A DNA stretch of 64,000 bases from Squalus acanthias (Eukaryota): assembly GCA_030390025.1 (NCBI GenBank), contig CM059433.1, positions 15,006,001-15,070,000 of the forward strand, read 5' to 3'. The translations under genes and the position numbers were made by a program. A model generated the notes under the pieces. That model worked only from the letters and a program-made list of their open reading frames with translations. It did no database searches and was not told the origin of the DNA. Shown one piece after another: positions 48,088 through 60,286 of this stretch. Each line of letters starts with the position of its first letter. Position 1 is the first letter of the stretch.

Positions 48088-51000
48088 ATTTAAAAGTAAG
48101 ATTCTCTGATAATAAGGAAAATCTGCCCTCGTAAAGATGACATAAAGTAAGGAACACCTGCCATCACACCATTTTGAAATGGTAAACTTAGAACACCTAG
48201 AGATAAGACATGAGTCTGGCTGAGGTGGCAGTAAGAGTTGCAGAGATCTACAGAAAAATGACTAGAGATAATTAGCTTGCATCAGCAGAAAACTTTAAAG
48301 GAAATACCACTGGAAAAGGGTATAAATATTGAACTCACAAATGGGATAACAGACTCGCTTTAATCGGGCAAAGCGATTCTCAGCTTCAGAGGCGGCTCTG
48401 TAGTCTCCAACTCTTTGTACCTTGGGGATCAAAGGTATTTGATATTGGTGGATATCCTGCCTTTATAAAATCTTTAAGAAATGTAATACTGTAGTGAAGT
48501 TAAGATTTAAAAGTAAGATTCTCTGAAAATAAGATCGTAAGTTTTCTCTTTTTGGAACTGTTAATATTGCAATTGACTCACCAACTGTAAATTGCATGTC
48601 GGTTCTTTAATAAATCTATATATTTTTAGAATTGTCTCACATAAGACTTCTGTATCAAAAACTCGCGAACTCAATCTCTGTACACTCTTTGGTGAGGAGT
48701 TAAAGAATTCTGGGGGAGTTTTCTGGACCCTCATAATATCCGGAACGTTACAGCCTAGCTAAACTTATTAAAAGCGTTATCTGGAGGACGGAAACATTCT
48801 CGGGTTGTTTCTTTCCTTTAGGGAGAGATAGTTTGGACCTTTAGACCCAATTAAGCGTCTTTAGGATTCGGCTACCTCAAACTTTAGTTGAAAGTGAACG
48901 TCTGAGAAATACGCCTGATCCGGGGTAGCCCTAAAGGGGCTAGGACTAGTAAAAATCCCTTCAACAAAACTTGAGTTTGTGACTATCAGTCGTCCCTAAT
49001 CTATTTAGTTGAAACAGACTGTCAACACAAACACAATCTAGTCCCTTCATCATCTTATCAACCTCAATCAAATCATCCCTAAGTCTACGCTTCTCTAAAG
49101 TGTAAAGATTCAGCTCTTTGAGCCTATCTTGCATTAAACTGCGCTGTTGTATTTACGTTGCCTTATATTTTACTTCCCTTCCACTTATGTTGATTGAAGG
49201 TAGGATAAAATTGCACTAATAAATACTTTTACTCTTTCAGTCAAAAATAAGAATTATTCCCAAATTTTCCTTCTGGTAGTGTCATAGCATTCAGTGGTGT
49301 CCTCTCAATTGAACTAATTAACAATGAAACTCATCATACAATCATAACAATCATTAAAGAGAAGGTAGGAATTATGGTGGGGATTTTCAATGGGCACTCG
49401 CCCGTTTATCATTAATAATATGGGCGCTAGAACTCTGAAAATTGGGCTGCAGTCTCACCTGCCTGTTACATGCGGAAGGACAACCAATGTCATTTTGGGT
49501 AGGACCTTCTCTTAGGCATACCTGAAATCAGCGGAAGCCTATTTTAAAAAATCGAATGCGGATCCTGGGCTTGTTTAAAGACCCTGGTGCCATTTTCAAC
49601 ACATTTATGGTGCTATTGATCAGTTACATAGAATTATATAGTATTTACAGCAAGAAACAGGCACTTCAGCCCAACCGGTCCATGCCGGTGTTTATGCTCC
49701 ACACGAGCCTCCTCTCACCCTTCCTCATCTAACCCCATCAACGTATTCTTCTATTCCTTTCTCCCTCGTGTTTATCTAGCTTCCTCTTAAATGTATCTAT
49801 GCTATTCGCCTGAACTACTCCATGTGGTAGCGAGTTCCATATTCTAACCACTTTCTGGGTAAAGAAGTTTCTCCCGAATTCCCTATTGGATTTATTAGTC
49901 ACTATCTTATATTTATGGCCCCTCGTTCTGGTCTCGCCCGCAAGCGGAAACATCTTCTCTATATCTACCCTATCAATCCCTTTCATAATCTTAAAGACCT
50001 CTATTAGGTCACCCCTAAGTCTTTCTCTTTTCTAGAGAAAAGAGCCCCAGCCTGTTCAATCTTTCCTGATAGGTATAACCTCTCAGTTCTGGTATCATTC
50101 TAATAAATCTTTTTTGCAACTTCACCAGTGCCTCTATATCCTACTTATAATATGGACACCATAACTGTTCACAGTACTCCAAGAGCAGTCTAACCAAGGT
50201 TCAACACAAGATTAACATAATTTCTCTGCTTTTCAATTCTATCCCTCTGGAAATGAATCCCAGTGCTTTGTTTGCTTTTTTTATGGTCTTATTAACCTGC
50301 GTCTCTACTTGTAGAGATTTGTGTTTCTGTGCCCCCTGATACCTCTGCACCTCTACCCCATTTAGACACTTAGGCGGAAAAATTTGTGTAAGCCAAGAGA
50401 ATTGCCGTATCACCCGCAACTTGAGTTGACGGCCGCTGAAAATGGCTGCAGCGCTACCGTGCAATGCCCTCCTGGTGGCGTTAATGGAGGCCTCCGACCC
50501 AAAGTTCCCATCCACAATCAGCGTTGCAGCTTGTTACAGCCTCTGGAAGTGAGGCTGTGGAGTTCGCAAGGAATTGTGGGCAATTAAAGGGGCTAGGAAT
50601 TAAAGGGGCAATGCATTCAGAACTAATAAAGATTATAATGCAGTGAAAAATGCAGCTGTCAACAATTACTGCCTTTCAATAAAAAATTTACCATTAAAAA
50701 GGGATTCTGTAGCACTTAAAGCTGAATTTCCGTCCGAACCTCATAAAATGGAAAAAGTTCTTCAGCACTAACACAAATGGCTCAGCAAGCCAGGGAAGAG
50801 GCACTCAGGGTCTCACTCGCAGCACTCCAGCTTTGTGCAGGGGGGTCAACACTGCAAGAGAGGTCCTCTACCCACAGGGGTCAGGAGGCCCTCCAGAAAG
50901 AACAATGTGGGACCACATCACCGAGGCCATCACTGCCAGCAGTGTCACCCCCACCACCTTGCTCCAGTGCCCAAAGAAGCTTCATGACCTCAAACCAGTA

Positions 51001-51400
51001 GTCAAGATCACTGAATGGATCTTCAAAAGCCATCTCCTACCAACTGCACAACCAGCCTCACACACTGGTCAATGCACGACTCCCCCCCCACCCAATGACT
51101 CACCTAGCAACAATCTGTACCAATCAGGAGGTACATCTGCCATTCTTAGCCTCACCTCACCCCCTTGGAGGAGACGGTGCAGGCCATTCTTGGCGGGGGC
51201 ATGGCTGAGCCCTTGGCCAGCGGCGGGGCTGAAAGGATACAAGATGCTGGTATCCTCATACGTTATCCACCTTCTGGCTGCACCTCTTGCTTTCCCGCCC
51301 TCCCGTCACCACAACTCCACTCTTGTGCCTTCCTCATTTCACACACCCAAGAAATGCATCCTGCCCAGCCAATCGTTGACCAAGAAGAGGGAGAGGACAG

Positions 51401-51454
51401 AGAAGAAGAAGAAGAAGAAGAAGAAGAAGAAGAAGAAGAAGAAGAAGAAGAAGA
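51401..51454 (+). repeat. (GAA)n microsatellite
   Basis: About 17-18 perfect GAA units; poly-E in the Myb remnant frame. Confidence 0.95.
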
Positions 51455-51980
51455 AAAAGAAGATTGATTTGACACTCCCAACCACCAGCTCCTCGAGGTC
51501 AATCAGCAAGGCCATCTGCAGTGTCCCCCACTGAATGTCAGCAGCCTTCCACCAGCCATGCAGCAGCCACTGGGGTAGCACTGTGTGATATTAATAGGAT
51601 AGGCAAAGGCACACACAAGACAGTCAGTAAGAGAATGCATAAGGGTGATGTGTTGATTTCTTGATGTCCTATTGGATGGATAGATGTATAAAGTTGGATT
51701 GGAAAGTTTGCTTTGTGGTGGCTTTTGTTTCAGCATTGTGGCCAAGAGGACACTGTGATGGTCAATAACAGAGGGAAGGTAAGATGTGGGACTAATGTTA
51801 AAAGGGGAATTATGGTTGTGGTCACTGGTACCACAGGCAGATGATTCCACCCCGGATATCTCTGCCAGAAGGGGCTGTCTGGGATGCATCCTTCCTTTCG
51901 CTTCTTCCTCTTCTGCTTCCTCCTCTTCGGCTTCCTCCTCTTCTGCTTCTTCCTTTTCTGTCTCTTCCTCTTCCCTCTGC

Positions 51981-52124
51981 AAGCAGATGCTGTAAATCTG
52001 AAATGACAGCCTAAAATGCTGAAATACTCAGCTGGTCAGGCAGCATCTCGACCTGAGATGTGAACTCTGTTTCTCTCTCCACAGATGTTGACTAACCTGT
52101 TGAGTATTTACAGCATTTTCTGTC
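51981..52124. mobile_element. Tiny inverted Penelope-like terminal remnant
   Basis: aatgctg.aatactcagc..gtcaggcagcatc followed by its approximate reverse complement; similar to 8330-8400 and 9133-9187. Confidence 0.7.
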
Positions 52125-53585
52125 TTCTCAGAGGCCTTCCTTTACCTTCTGAAGCCTTGCAAGTGTCCAGCAGCACTCCTTGCACACTTAAAAAACTTTT
52201 ATCGTCAATTGCAGCAAGCCACTACTTCAATAAATTCCAAAAAAAGTCCAAAGGTTTAAATGCAAACTTAGCTGAAAGATGTGTGTGTCTATTTAAGAGG
52301 TGCTGACAGTGCCTCTGTCAGTCTGTTTGTACGTTGGGTTTCCCTGGCGTGGTTATGAACTCAGCGCTAGGGTCGAAGTTGGCTGTCGTGACGTTAAGTC
52401 GGCGTTGCACGCTGACTGACGTCACCACTCTGCCATTTTCTTGCAGGGCGCTTCTACTTATCGGCAGCGCTACCAGAACGTCGAAAATGGAGGACGCTGC
52501 GGGACCCACCACCAGCTGGCGAAAGAATGGCCACCGTCGCTTTTTTGCCATTTTCTGCCAGTAACGGGTGATGTTAACCCCTGAATTTTTAGCCCTTATT
52601 TTTTAAGGTGTATGTGGCCTCTTTATTCTTCCTACCAAAATGTCTCACCTCATACTTATCTATATTGAAGTTCATTTGCCAATTACGCACCAATTCTGCA
52701 AGTTTATAAATGTCTTCCTGTATTTTGCCACAGTCTTCCTCTGTATTAACTACACCCCCCAATTTGGTGCAAATTTGAAATTGTACTTCCGATTCACGAG
52801 TCCAAATCATTTATGTAAATGGACCATAGCAGTGGTCCCAGCCCCGATCCCTGTGGAACACCACTTCCCACCTTTTGCCAGTCTGAGTAACCACGTTTAA
52901 CCCCACTCTCTGTTTTCTGTTTTGTAGCCAGGTTGCTATCCATTCTGCTACTTGTACCCTGACTCCACATGCCCTGACCTTAGATATAAGTCTCCTATGA
53001 GATACCTTATCAAAGGCCTTTTGAAAATCCAATTATATTACGGCTACAAAATTAGCCTTATCTAACTTTTCTGTTACTCTTGAAAGGATTCAATAAGATT
53101 GGTCAAGCATGACCTTCCCTTTTGAAATCCGTGCTGACTACTCTATATTACATTTTCAGTTTCTAGATGTTTTTCTATTACATCTTTGAGTAAGGATTCC
53201 ATTATCTTTCCTGCCACCAACGTCAAGCTAATTGGTCTATAGTTGCCTGGACTTGTTTTATCTCCCTTTTTAATATAAGAATCACGTTAGCTGTCCACCA
53301 GTCCTCTGGCACTGTTCCCTTTTCTAATGAATTTTTCTACAAATGTAATAGTGCCTCTGCTATCTCTTTCCTAACTTCTTTTAATACGCGTGGATACAAT
53401 CCGAGGGTTTTATCCTCTCTAAGTTTGATTAGTTTATCAATTATCTCCCCCCTTTCTATCTTAAATGTCTTTATATTTTTGCTGATCTTTTCTTCTAATG
53501 TCAGGTCCACCATTTTAGTCTCCCTAGTAAATACCAAGGCAAAGTAATTATTTCATCTTTCTGCCATTTTGCTGTTAGAATCTAT

Positions 53586-54202
53586 GAGCTGGATTTTTTT
53601 TTGCGCCACCAGATGCCAGCCAGCCCCAGTCACTGATAGTCAGCCCAGTCACTGATAGTCAGCCCAGCCACTGATAGTCAGCCCCAGTCACTGATAGTCA
53701 GCCCAGCCACTGATAGTCAGCCCAGCCACTGATAGTCAGCCCAGCCACTGATAGTCAGCCCCAGTCACTGATAGTCAGCCCAGCCACTGATAGTCAGCCC
53801 AGCCACTGATAGTCAGCCCAGCCACTGATAGTCAGCCCAGCCACTGATAGTCAGCCCAGCCACTGATAGTCAGCCCAGCCACTGATAGTCAGCTATCCAA
53901 ATGTGCTCCCGCCAGGTTTCACAATTGTGTTTCAGAACAGGCGTGCTTCACGGAGAACAAGGGTTAAAATCACAAAGGCCTTTCAAAATGGCATTATATA
54001 GCCAATTTAGTGCTTGTTAAGAGCCTTAACAGCCTATCCCGTCGCTTAGAGGCGGGACGGAGTCGGGACCAGCAGACACGATTTAATGAAAATTGCGTGG
54101 AGGCGGGATGGAGGTGGACTTGTGCCCGCCCGCCAGTTTTTGCAATTTTAACCCCCCACACGCCTCCAAACCCGCCTCCACGGGTCAATGAAAATCCAGC
54201 CC
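53586..54202. mobile_element. Non-autonomous Harbinger-type element containing a minisatellite
   Basis: gagctggatttt...aaaatccagccc; sister of 23531-24274. Confidence 0.8.
53622..53894 (+). repeat. 19/20-bp minisatellite, 14 copies (CAGCCACTGATAGTCAGCC)
   Basis: CTGATAGTCAG counted 14 times between 53633 and 53893. Confidence 0.95.
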
Positions 54203-56673
54203 TGGGAGTTTATCGTGTGTATCCCTCAGTGGCCCTATCCCTATCCTGAATTTTCTTTTGTTATGTGTCTGTAGAATACTTTACTATTTTTTTAAATATT
54301 CCTTGATAATTTAATAGTTTTGTCTTCCTAATTGTTTTTTTTGACTTCTTTCCTAGCCTTTTTATATTCCCTTTTGTCATCTTCTTCTTTGTTGTCTATG
54401 TTCTTAACGTGTGCCTTTTTTAAAATTTAAATTTTTCCCTTATTTCTTTATTCATCCATGGCGTGTCATTACTGGCTGGTTTGTTTTTTGCTTTTTAGTG
54501 AGATACATTTCTCCTGGACTCTATTGATCACTGTTTTAAATGTTTCCCACTACTGTTCTATTTCTTTGTCAGTAAATTTTACCAGTTTATTTTCCTTAGT
54601 TCAATTCTCATCCTCTTAAAAATCAGCTTGTTTTCCAATGTATTACTTTGGTCTTTGTCTTACTTATGTCCTTCTCAATCTTTATCTGAAACCTTATTAT
54701 GTTGTGATCGCTATTGCCTGGATGTCCCCCCTACACTTACTTCTCTTATCTGTTCTGGTTCATTTCCCATTACTAGATCCAGCAGTGCTCCCTCTCTTGT
54801 TGGGCTTTTTACATACTGGGTAAGAAAGGAGTCCTGCATACATTGTAAAAACTCAATTTCCTGTATCCCTTCCTTACCTCTTCTTGCCAGTTTATTTGGG
54901 GGTAGTTAATATCTCCCGTGATTATTATTCTATGTCCTTTAGTCATTTCACACATCTGCTTACATATTTCTTCCTGCACCTCCTTTTCACTGTTTGGTGA
55001 TCTGCAGCATATCCCTATTCACGTGATTGATTTATTCTTATCTTTTATTTCAATCCATATGGATTCTGTTTCTAACCTTCTGTTAGCTATATAGCCATGT
55101 TTCAGTTATTCCTACTACATCTGGTTCCTCACTGTGGATTATTGCCTCCAGTTTCCCCCGTTTTATTTTGGATACTGTGTACATCGCAGTACAGGCAGTT
55201 TAATTCGTCTTTAACATTTTTTCCTTTTACTTCATTTTTAACAGACCTTTGTTCCCTGACTGTTTATGTTGCCCTTGTTCCTTTCCTGTGTCTGACCTTT
55301 ACTCTCATCTCCTATTTCTTTTATCGATTTATGTTATTTTCCCCAGATCCCTCCCCCCGTCTTATTACTTTAAAGTTCTACAATAGATACAATGATGGGT
55401 GGGAACATTTGGAATGACGCCATTGCCAGCGCTGTTTGTAAAGATCATCAGCTGCTCTCATGTGAATCACTGCTTGGTTGCTTTTGGCTGCCAGTGAGCT
55501 GCCTTTGCTTTTTTTTGGCCGAGTTGGCTGTCGGAGCAGACATTTAAATTGTCAACGAAAGTTATCTGGCAAGGTCTACACTGGAACTTTAACCGGGGGC
55601 TTCTGGCAAGCTTCGGGTTGTCAATACAGTTTGGTGATTGTAATGCTATTGTGGCTGGAAGAGGAGGAGCAGCAGACAAGAGTCCAGAAGCCGGCAGTTG
55701 TAGAGAGAAGATAGCAGAAGGAGGGGAGCTCACAACGAAGCCTTATTCCACTGCAGTTTACAGGCCAAAAATCGTCATTCTCCGGTTCAACGAGGAGCAG
55801 TCTGAGCTTCCATCAAAGCTGTCAAAGCTGTCACCACAGGACACGTTACTGAGGGCCCCGCTGCAGCATCCATAGAGCTGATCACTTCATAGTTGTCTGC
55901 ATTACCTCGATGCCAGGCGCAATGACCCCCGTGCAAGTTGGAAATGCACTTTCCCACACTGTCCGAGATGGTGTGGTGGCTCCGTGGCAGACCACCCAAT
56001 GCACCAAAGAATTGCTGGTGCACACATTTCACTTTAAAGGCTGGGCCCTGGAAGTTCTCATCTGCACCCTCTATACCAGAGCTAAGACCCAAGCTCATCC
56101 TCCGGAGAGATGTGTCCTGTGCCATCCTTTCCCACTGCCCTCGCTCCTGCTCACTTGTGTGTGGTGAATAACCCGGCGCAAACACTTGAAACTTATTGTC
56201 TAAAATACGTAGAGTGCCCATTTTTAAGCTGTGGCTTGCAAGGGTCAGCGTGAGTAACCATGCTTCTTCAGGAAGGCTTGCAAAGGATCTGGAAAGAGGG
56301 GAGATAGACAAGAGTTAGCACTTAGTGGCAACGGAAAGCAGCAGCAGGTGAATGGCTGTTGCATGGGCCCCAGGCTGTCATTCACTGTGTGTCTGGGGGA
56401 GGGTTCAGTCTCAAGAGAAAAGGAGGGGAAGTTGGTCAAACACCCTGCAGGATGCTACCTCCTGCCTCGCCATCTGCCACTCTTTGAGCTCTCCCTCTGC
56501 CCCTAGCATCGACTGCAGCCTCCTCCATTGTATGTGAGCTCCTGGGTAGAACGTGGACCTTCTCCAGATCTGGAGAGCTCCCTCTCGCTTAGCATGCAAG
56601 AAAAGTTTGAATGTGTTAAGGTGTGGCCTGTTGAAGGGATGTGAAGATGTCTATGTCAGCTCAGCATAGTTTG

Positions 56674-56902
56674 TGACATGAATCTTGTCATTCATGTGGA
56701 AATGACTTATGAAATAATACTGGGCGGCCTGCTGGTGGCGCTGTCCAGGGAGAGTATAAATACTCAGGCATGGGCCCAGCTTGCTCAGGACATTCTTTAA
56801 CAGGAACTAGTAAAGGACACAACTAGATCTCCATGTTGAAAAACAGTTCATTAAAGCTTTGTTTAACGCTTAGACCAAGTGCCTAGTAGTTTTCTTACGT
56901 CA
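56674..56902 (+). mobile_element. Small solo LTR-like insert
   Basis: TGAC...GTCA ends, GTTTG/GTTTA flanks, TATAAA at about 56756, ATTAAA at about 56850. Confidence 0.5.
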
Positions 56903-57235
56903 GTTTACATGTTGAGAGATAGAAGTAGCAGGTGTCTGGATGAGATAGCAGCAATTCTGAGGGCAGTAGCAGGTGCAGAGTGTGCAAGTGGAAGCCAAAG
57001 GAGGCACAATGATGTGTGTTGCTGTGATTAGAGGTAAGAGAGATGGAAAATGGTGGGGGGGGGGGCGCGGAGGGTGGTGGTGGTGACAAGGCACGCTAGT
57101 GCTTGGGGCTACAGCAGAGTGGTGCAAGTTCTAAGAAAGCTCAGAATGGGAGTTTTACCTGAGCAGCTCTGGTCAGGTCATTGAACTTCTTCGTACATTG
57201 CTGCCAGGTCAGTGGTGTTAGTCACTTGGCATTGC

Positions 57236-58860
57236 TATAAAGTTTTGCAATTATCGCGATTCAAAATAACAAGATAGAAGCAGATTCGTTTGATCAGTTT
57301 TATTAAACGAAATGCTGTCATGATATAAAGGACACAGAAGCCTGTAAAATGGCCACCGCGCATCGTGGCAGAAGCTTCCAGAAATACAGTGGGCAGACAA
57401 GATGGCGTCGAATAAACATTCGATATAAAATTGGATCATACTCGGTAAACACTGATAAAGACAGGATGCAACCCGTTTGCATTTGGAACAATAGCAAAGA
57501 TATAAGTGCTGGAATCATTTTCCATGCACAAGTAAGGACCATTGTACTGGGCCATCGAAGGCCCATCCAGACACATCAATACTCAAATACCCCCACGGCT
57601 CTACAATGAGAGAGACATCGACGGGTGATTAAGCAAGTATTCGGGGGCCCCCAAAAGCGGTCAGGGAGATGATTCATACAATCCTGGCTGGGTCAACAAT
57701 GGGGAAAACATTAACGGGTAGTTGGCCAGTTTCAGGTGCTACCGAAACCCGTTAAAGAGAAGAATCGCCCCATGCTGGGAGTTTTGAGCGCCAATATTAC
57801 ACAAAGGACAAACATTAAGATTTGAGCAGGAGATAAGGGAACACAGCACTATAACTATAGTGAACAAATGTCCATCGCTCTCTTGATTCGACTCTTATTC
57901 TCCCGGCTGGCTCTTATCTTGCTGCTGACTGCTGAACTCTTATTTCTCTTGACTCGCTCGACCGCTGGCTGAAGCTCTTCTTTAGGGCTGGACTCTGTTG
58001 CCGCACTGGTCGAATGTTGGGTGGAGCTCAATCGGGACGAGCCGCCCCGACAAGGGCAAGTAGCAGGGTGCACTATCTCGAGAGTCGGTAAATGGTGTCT
58101 GGACCCGAAGGCCCGAAGAGACAAGACGAAACGACAAGAAAAGAAGAAGAATCCACGTGCCGCCACGGTCAGTAAACCCCGACCGCGCCCGAAAATATAA
58201 ATACAGAACTCATTCTTTTGAATTCTACGGGTTACTGCACGATCCGGTTTGGGTCCATCGACTTCTTCATGACAACAGGGAGCCTGGCCTGCTTGTCGCA
58301 GCAGTGAAGATAAACAAGTGGGGTACAGAGACCCTTCCAAACATGTGACAGTCAGGCGCTGCAGCGAAACGAGCCGAGTGCCTCACTTTAAAAATTCTCC
58401 GAAGTAACACGAGTGGTGAGCATGTTTCCCGATCCTACAAATCTAGACGTAGTGTAGGTATTGATAAGGGAGGGTGGTTTTATTAAGGATAAAGTATAAT
58501 GTGTTCCCCTTTTTACGATGTGCAGTGCGTTCTTCATTACCATAGACCAAGCTTTATGAATGTATGTATACTTGTACTCTTGTTAATTTGCGCCTATGAC
58601 ATGTACTTCATGATTTTGGACGCTATGCAATAAAGATTTCCATTTCGTACTATTCAACCGGGTCTATTTGAGTTTTCTCTGCATTACTGCTCCTGCACCT
58701 AAGTCCAGTGTTAGAACCGTAAGGGCGAGTGGGTCGAACCACTCACAGGTGCTTATTGCAAAAAGGCTGGCCGGAGACCAGAGCAAGCAATAGTATAGGC
58801 AACGAAGGCCTAACCTCGCACCAGCACCGTCTGAGACACAGGCACGACGAAACCCTTACA
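57236..58860 (+). mobile_element. 1625-bp solo LTR, 4-bp TSD TTGC
   Basis: TTGC at 57232-57235 and 58861-58864; ends TATAAAG (TG mutated?)...CCCTTACA; AATAAA at 58629; interrupts Myb exon 1 of H7. Confidence 0.75.
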
Positions 58861-59416
58861 TTGCTCTGCTATCTCTTGTTGCCGCGCTGTCTGGCAGGGC
58901 ACTCTGTGCTCATCTGCAACCAACAATACTTCCTTCCTCCTGTCATCTCCTCCACCAAGTTGTCCACGGCATTGTCCGAGAAACTGGGGACTCTAGCCGC
59001 AGACATTATGCTTGCAGCAGCAACTCTGTTGTTCACCATTCACTAAAGGCACCTCCCCTTTAAGTGGTGCAGGCTGCCTGTAAATCGTGGGATTTAAGTA
59101 CTAATTACAGGTGCAAGAAGCACTGATAACTCACCCTCATCATGAAAACGGGCCATGCAGCTCAAAATGGTGCGTGTCTCACATCAGTTGGTTCGGGCAG
59201 TTTTAATGAATGCCCGCTTTGGCTGCGACTGGAAAATCGCCACCTACACGTATAAACTATAATGTAGAAACCAACACGCTTCAGTCCGTTACTCATTCAG
59301 GTCAGATAACTGTTACTTTTGCAATCAATGAAGATTAAAATATAAAATTCCCTATGAACATTTATTGCATGCAAGAAAGATTGAAAATAATCTGATAGCT
59401 TCTATCATGTCTTTCA

Positions 59417-60286
59417 ACTCCTCAGATAATGAAGCAATCCATGCCCGCATGCAACAAGACCTGAACAACGTTCAGGCTTGGGCTGATAAGTGGCAGGTAA
59501 CATTCACGCCACAGAAGTGCCAGGCAATGACTATCTCCAACAAGCGAGAGTCGAACCACCTCCCCTTGACATTCAATGGCCTTACCATCAACGAATCCCC
59601 CACTATCAACATCCTGGGGGTCACCATTAACCAGAAACTGAACTGGACCAGCCACATAAATACTGTGGCAACAAGAGCAGGTCAGAGGCTAGGTATTCTG
59701 CGGCGAGTGTCTCACCTCCTGACTCCCCAAAGCCTTTCCACCATCTACAAGGCACAAGTAAGGAGTGTGATGGAATACTCTCCACTTGCCTGGATGAGTG
59801 CAGCTCCAACAACACTCAAGAAGCTCGACACCATCCAGGACAAAGCAGCCCGCTTGATTGACATCCCATCCACCACCTTAAACATTCACTCCCTCCACCA
59901 CCAGCGTACCGTGGCTGCAGTGTGTACCATCTACAAGATGCACTGCAGCAACTCGCCAAGGCTTCTTCGGCAGCACCTTCCAAATCCGGGACCTCTTCCA
60001 CCTAGAAGGACTAGGGCAGCAGGCGCATGGGAACACCACCACCTCCAAGTTCCCCTCCAAGTCACACACCATCCTGACTTAGAAGTATGTCGCCGATCCT
60101 TCATCATCGCTGGGTCAAAATCCTGGAACTTCCTACCTAACAGCACTGTGGGAATACCTTCACCACACGGACTGCAGCGGTTCAAGAAGGCGGCTCACCA
60201 CCACCTTCTCAAGGGCAATTAGGGATGGGTAATAAATGCTGGCTTTGCCAGCGACGCCCACATCCCACAAACACATTTTTAAAAAA
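59417..60286 (+). mobile_element. 5'-truncated CR1/L2-group LINE with open RT C-terminus (stop at 60220-60222)
   Basis: QQDLNNVQAWADKWQVTF, ILGVTI, YKAQVRSVMEYSPLAW; A-rich tail. Confidence 0.9.

Larger units (their letters stand above)
46644..48966 (+). mobile_element. Probable solo LTR (about 1.2 kb after removing nested inserts)
   Basis: Imperfect inverted ends TGTGAAGG...CCTTCAACA, TATAAA at 48321, AATAAA at 48609; cleanly interrupts a LINE. Confidence 0.7.
46225..49135 (-). mobile_element. CR1-group LINE 3' fragment (46225-46642 and 48967-49135) split by an LTR
   Basis: Rejoined reading frame LKELNLYTLEKRRLRDDLIEV..HKLKF|CKRTTRL. Confidence 0.75.
50373..52595. mobile_element. Internally deleted Harbinger (H6), TTA TSD
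   Basis: TTA flanks; Myb remnant (+) from 50777 (WDHITEAI..QCPKKLHDL); only the acidic tail of the transposase remains at about 51830-51980 (-). Confidence 0.8.
49625..55378 (-). mobile_element. Long degenerate CR1 ORF2 (49625-50372, 52596-53585, 54203-55378) split by two Harbinger elements
   Basis: RNFFTQKVVRIWNSLP, WQMNFNIDK, DFQKAFDKVSH, PRVLKEV; continuity across the inserts. Confidence 0.85.
55480..59245 (-). mobile_element. Old Harbinger Myb-side remnant (H7) interrupted by two LTRs
   Basis: TWQQCTKKFNDLTRAAQ then GTAA at about 57160-57215, RVPSFSDNAVDNLVEE at about 58950-59000, helical exon-3 remnants at 55790-56170. Confidence 0.65.

Noticed and set aside
51165..51982. Poly-E, poly-K, poly-F and poly-S ORFs
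   Set aside because: Products of (GAA)n and acidic-tail repeats in Harbinger remnants read in different frames.
53622..53894. CRISPR-like array
   Set aside because: Units are head-to-tail with no unique spacers, there are no cas genes, and the context is eukaryotic; it is a minisatellite.
58825..58860. Hammerhead at the LTR 3' end (ctgaga...gaaac)
   Set aside because: The core is not CTGANGA and no stem II can be formed.
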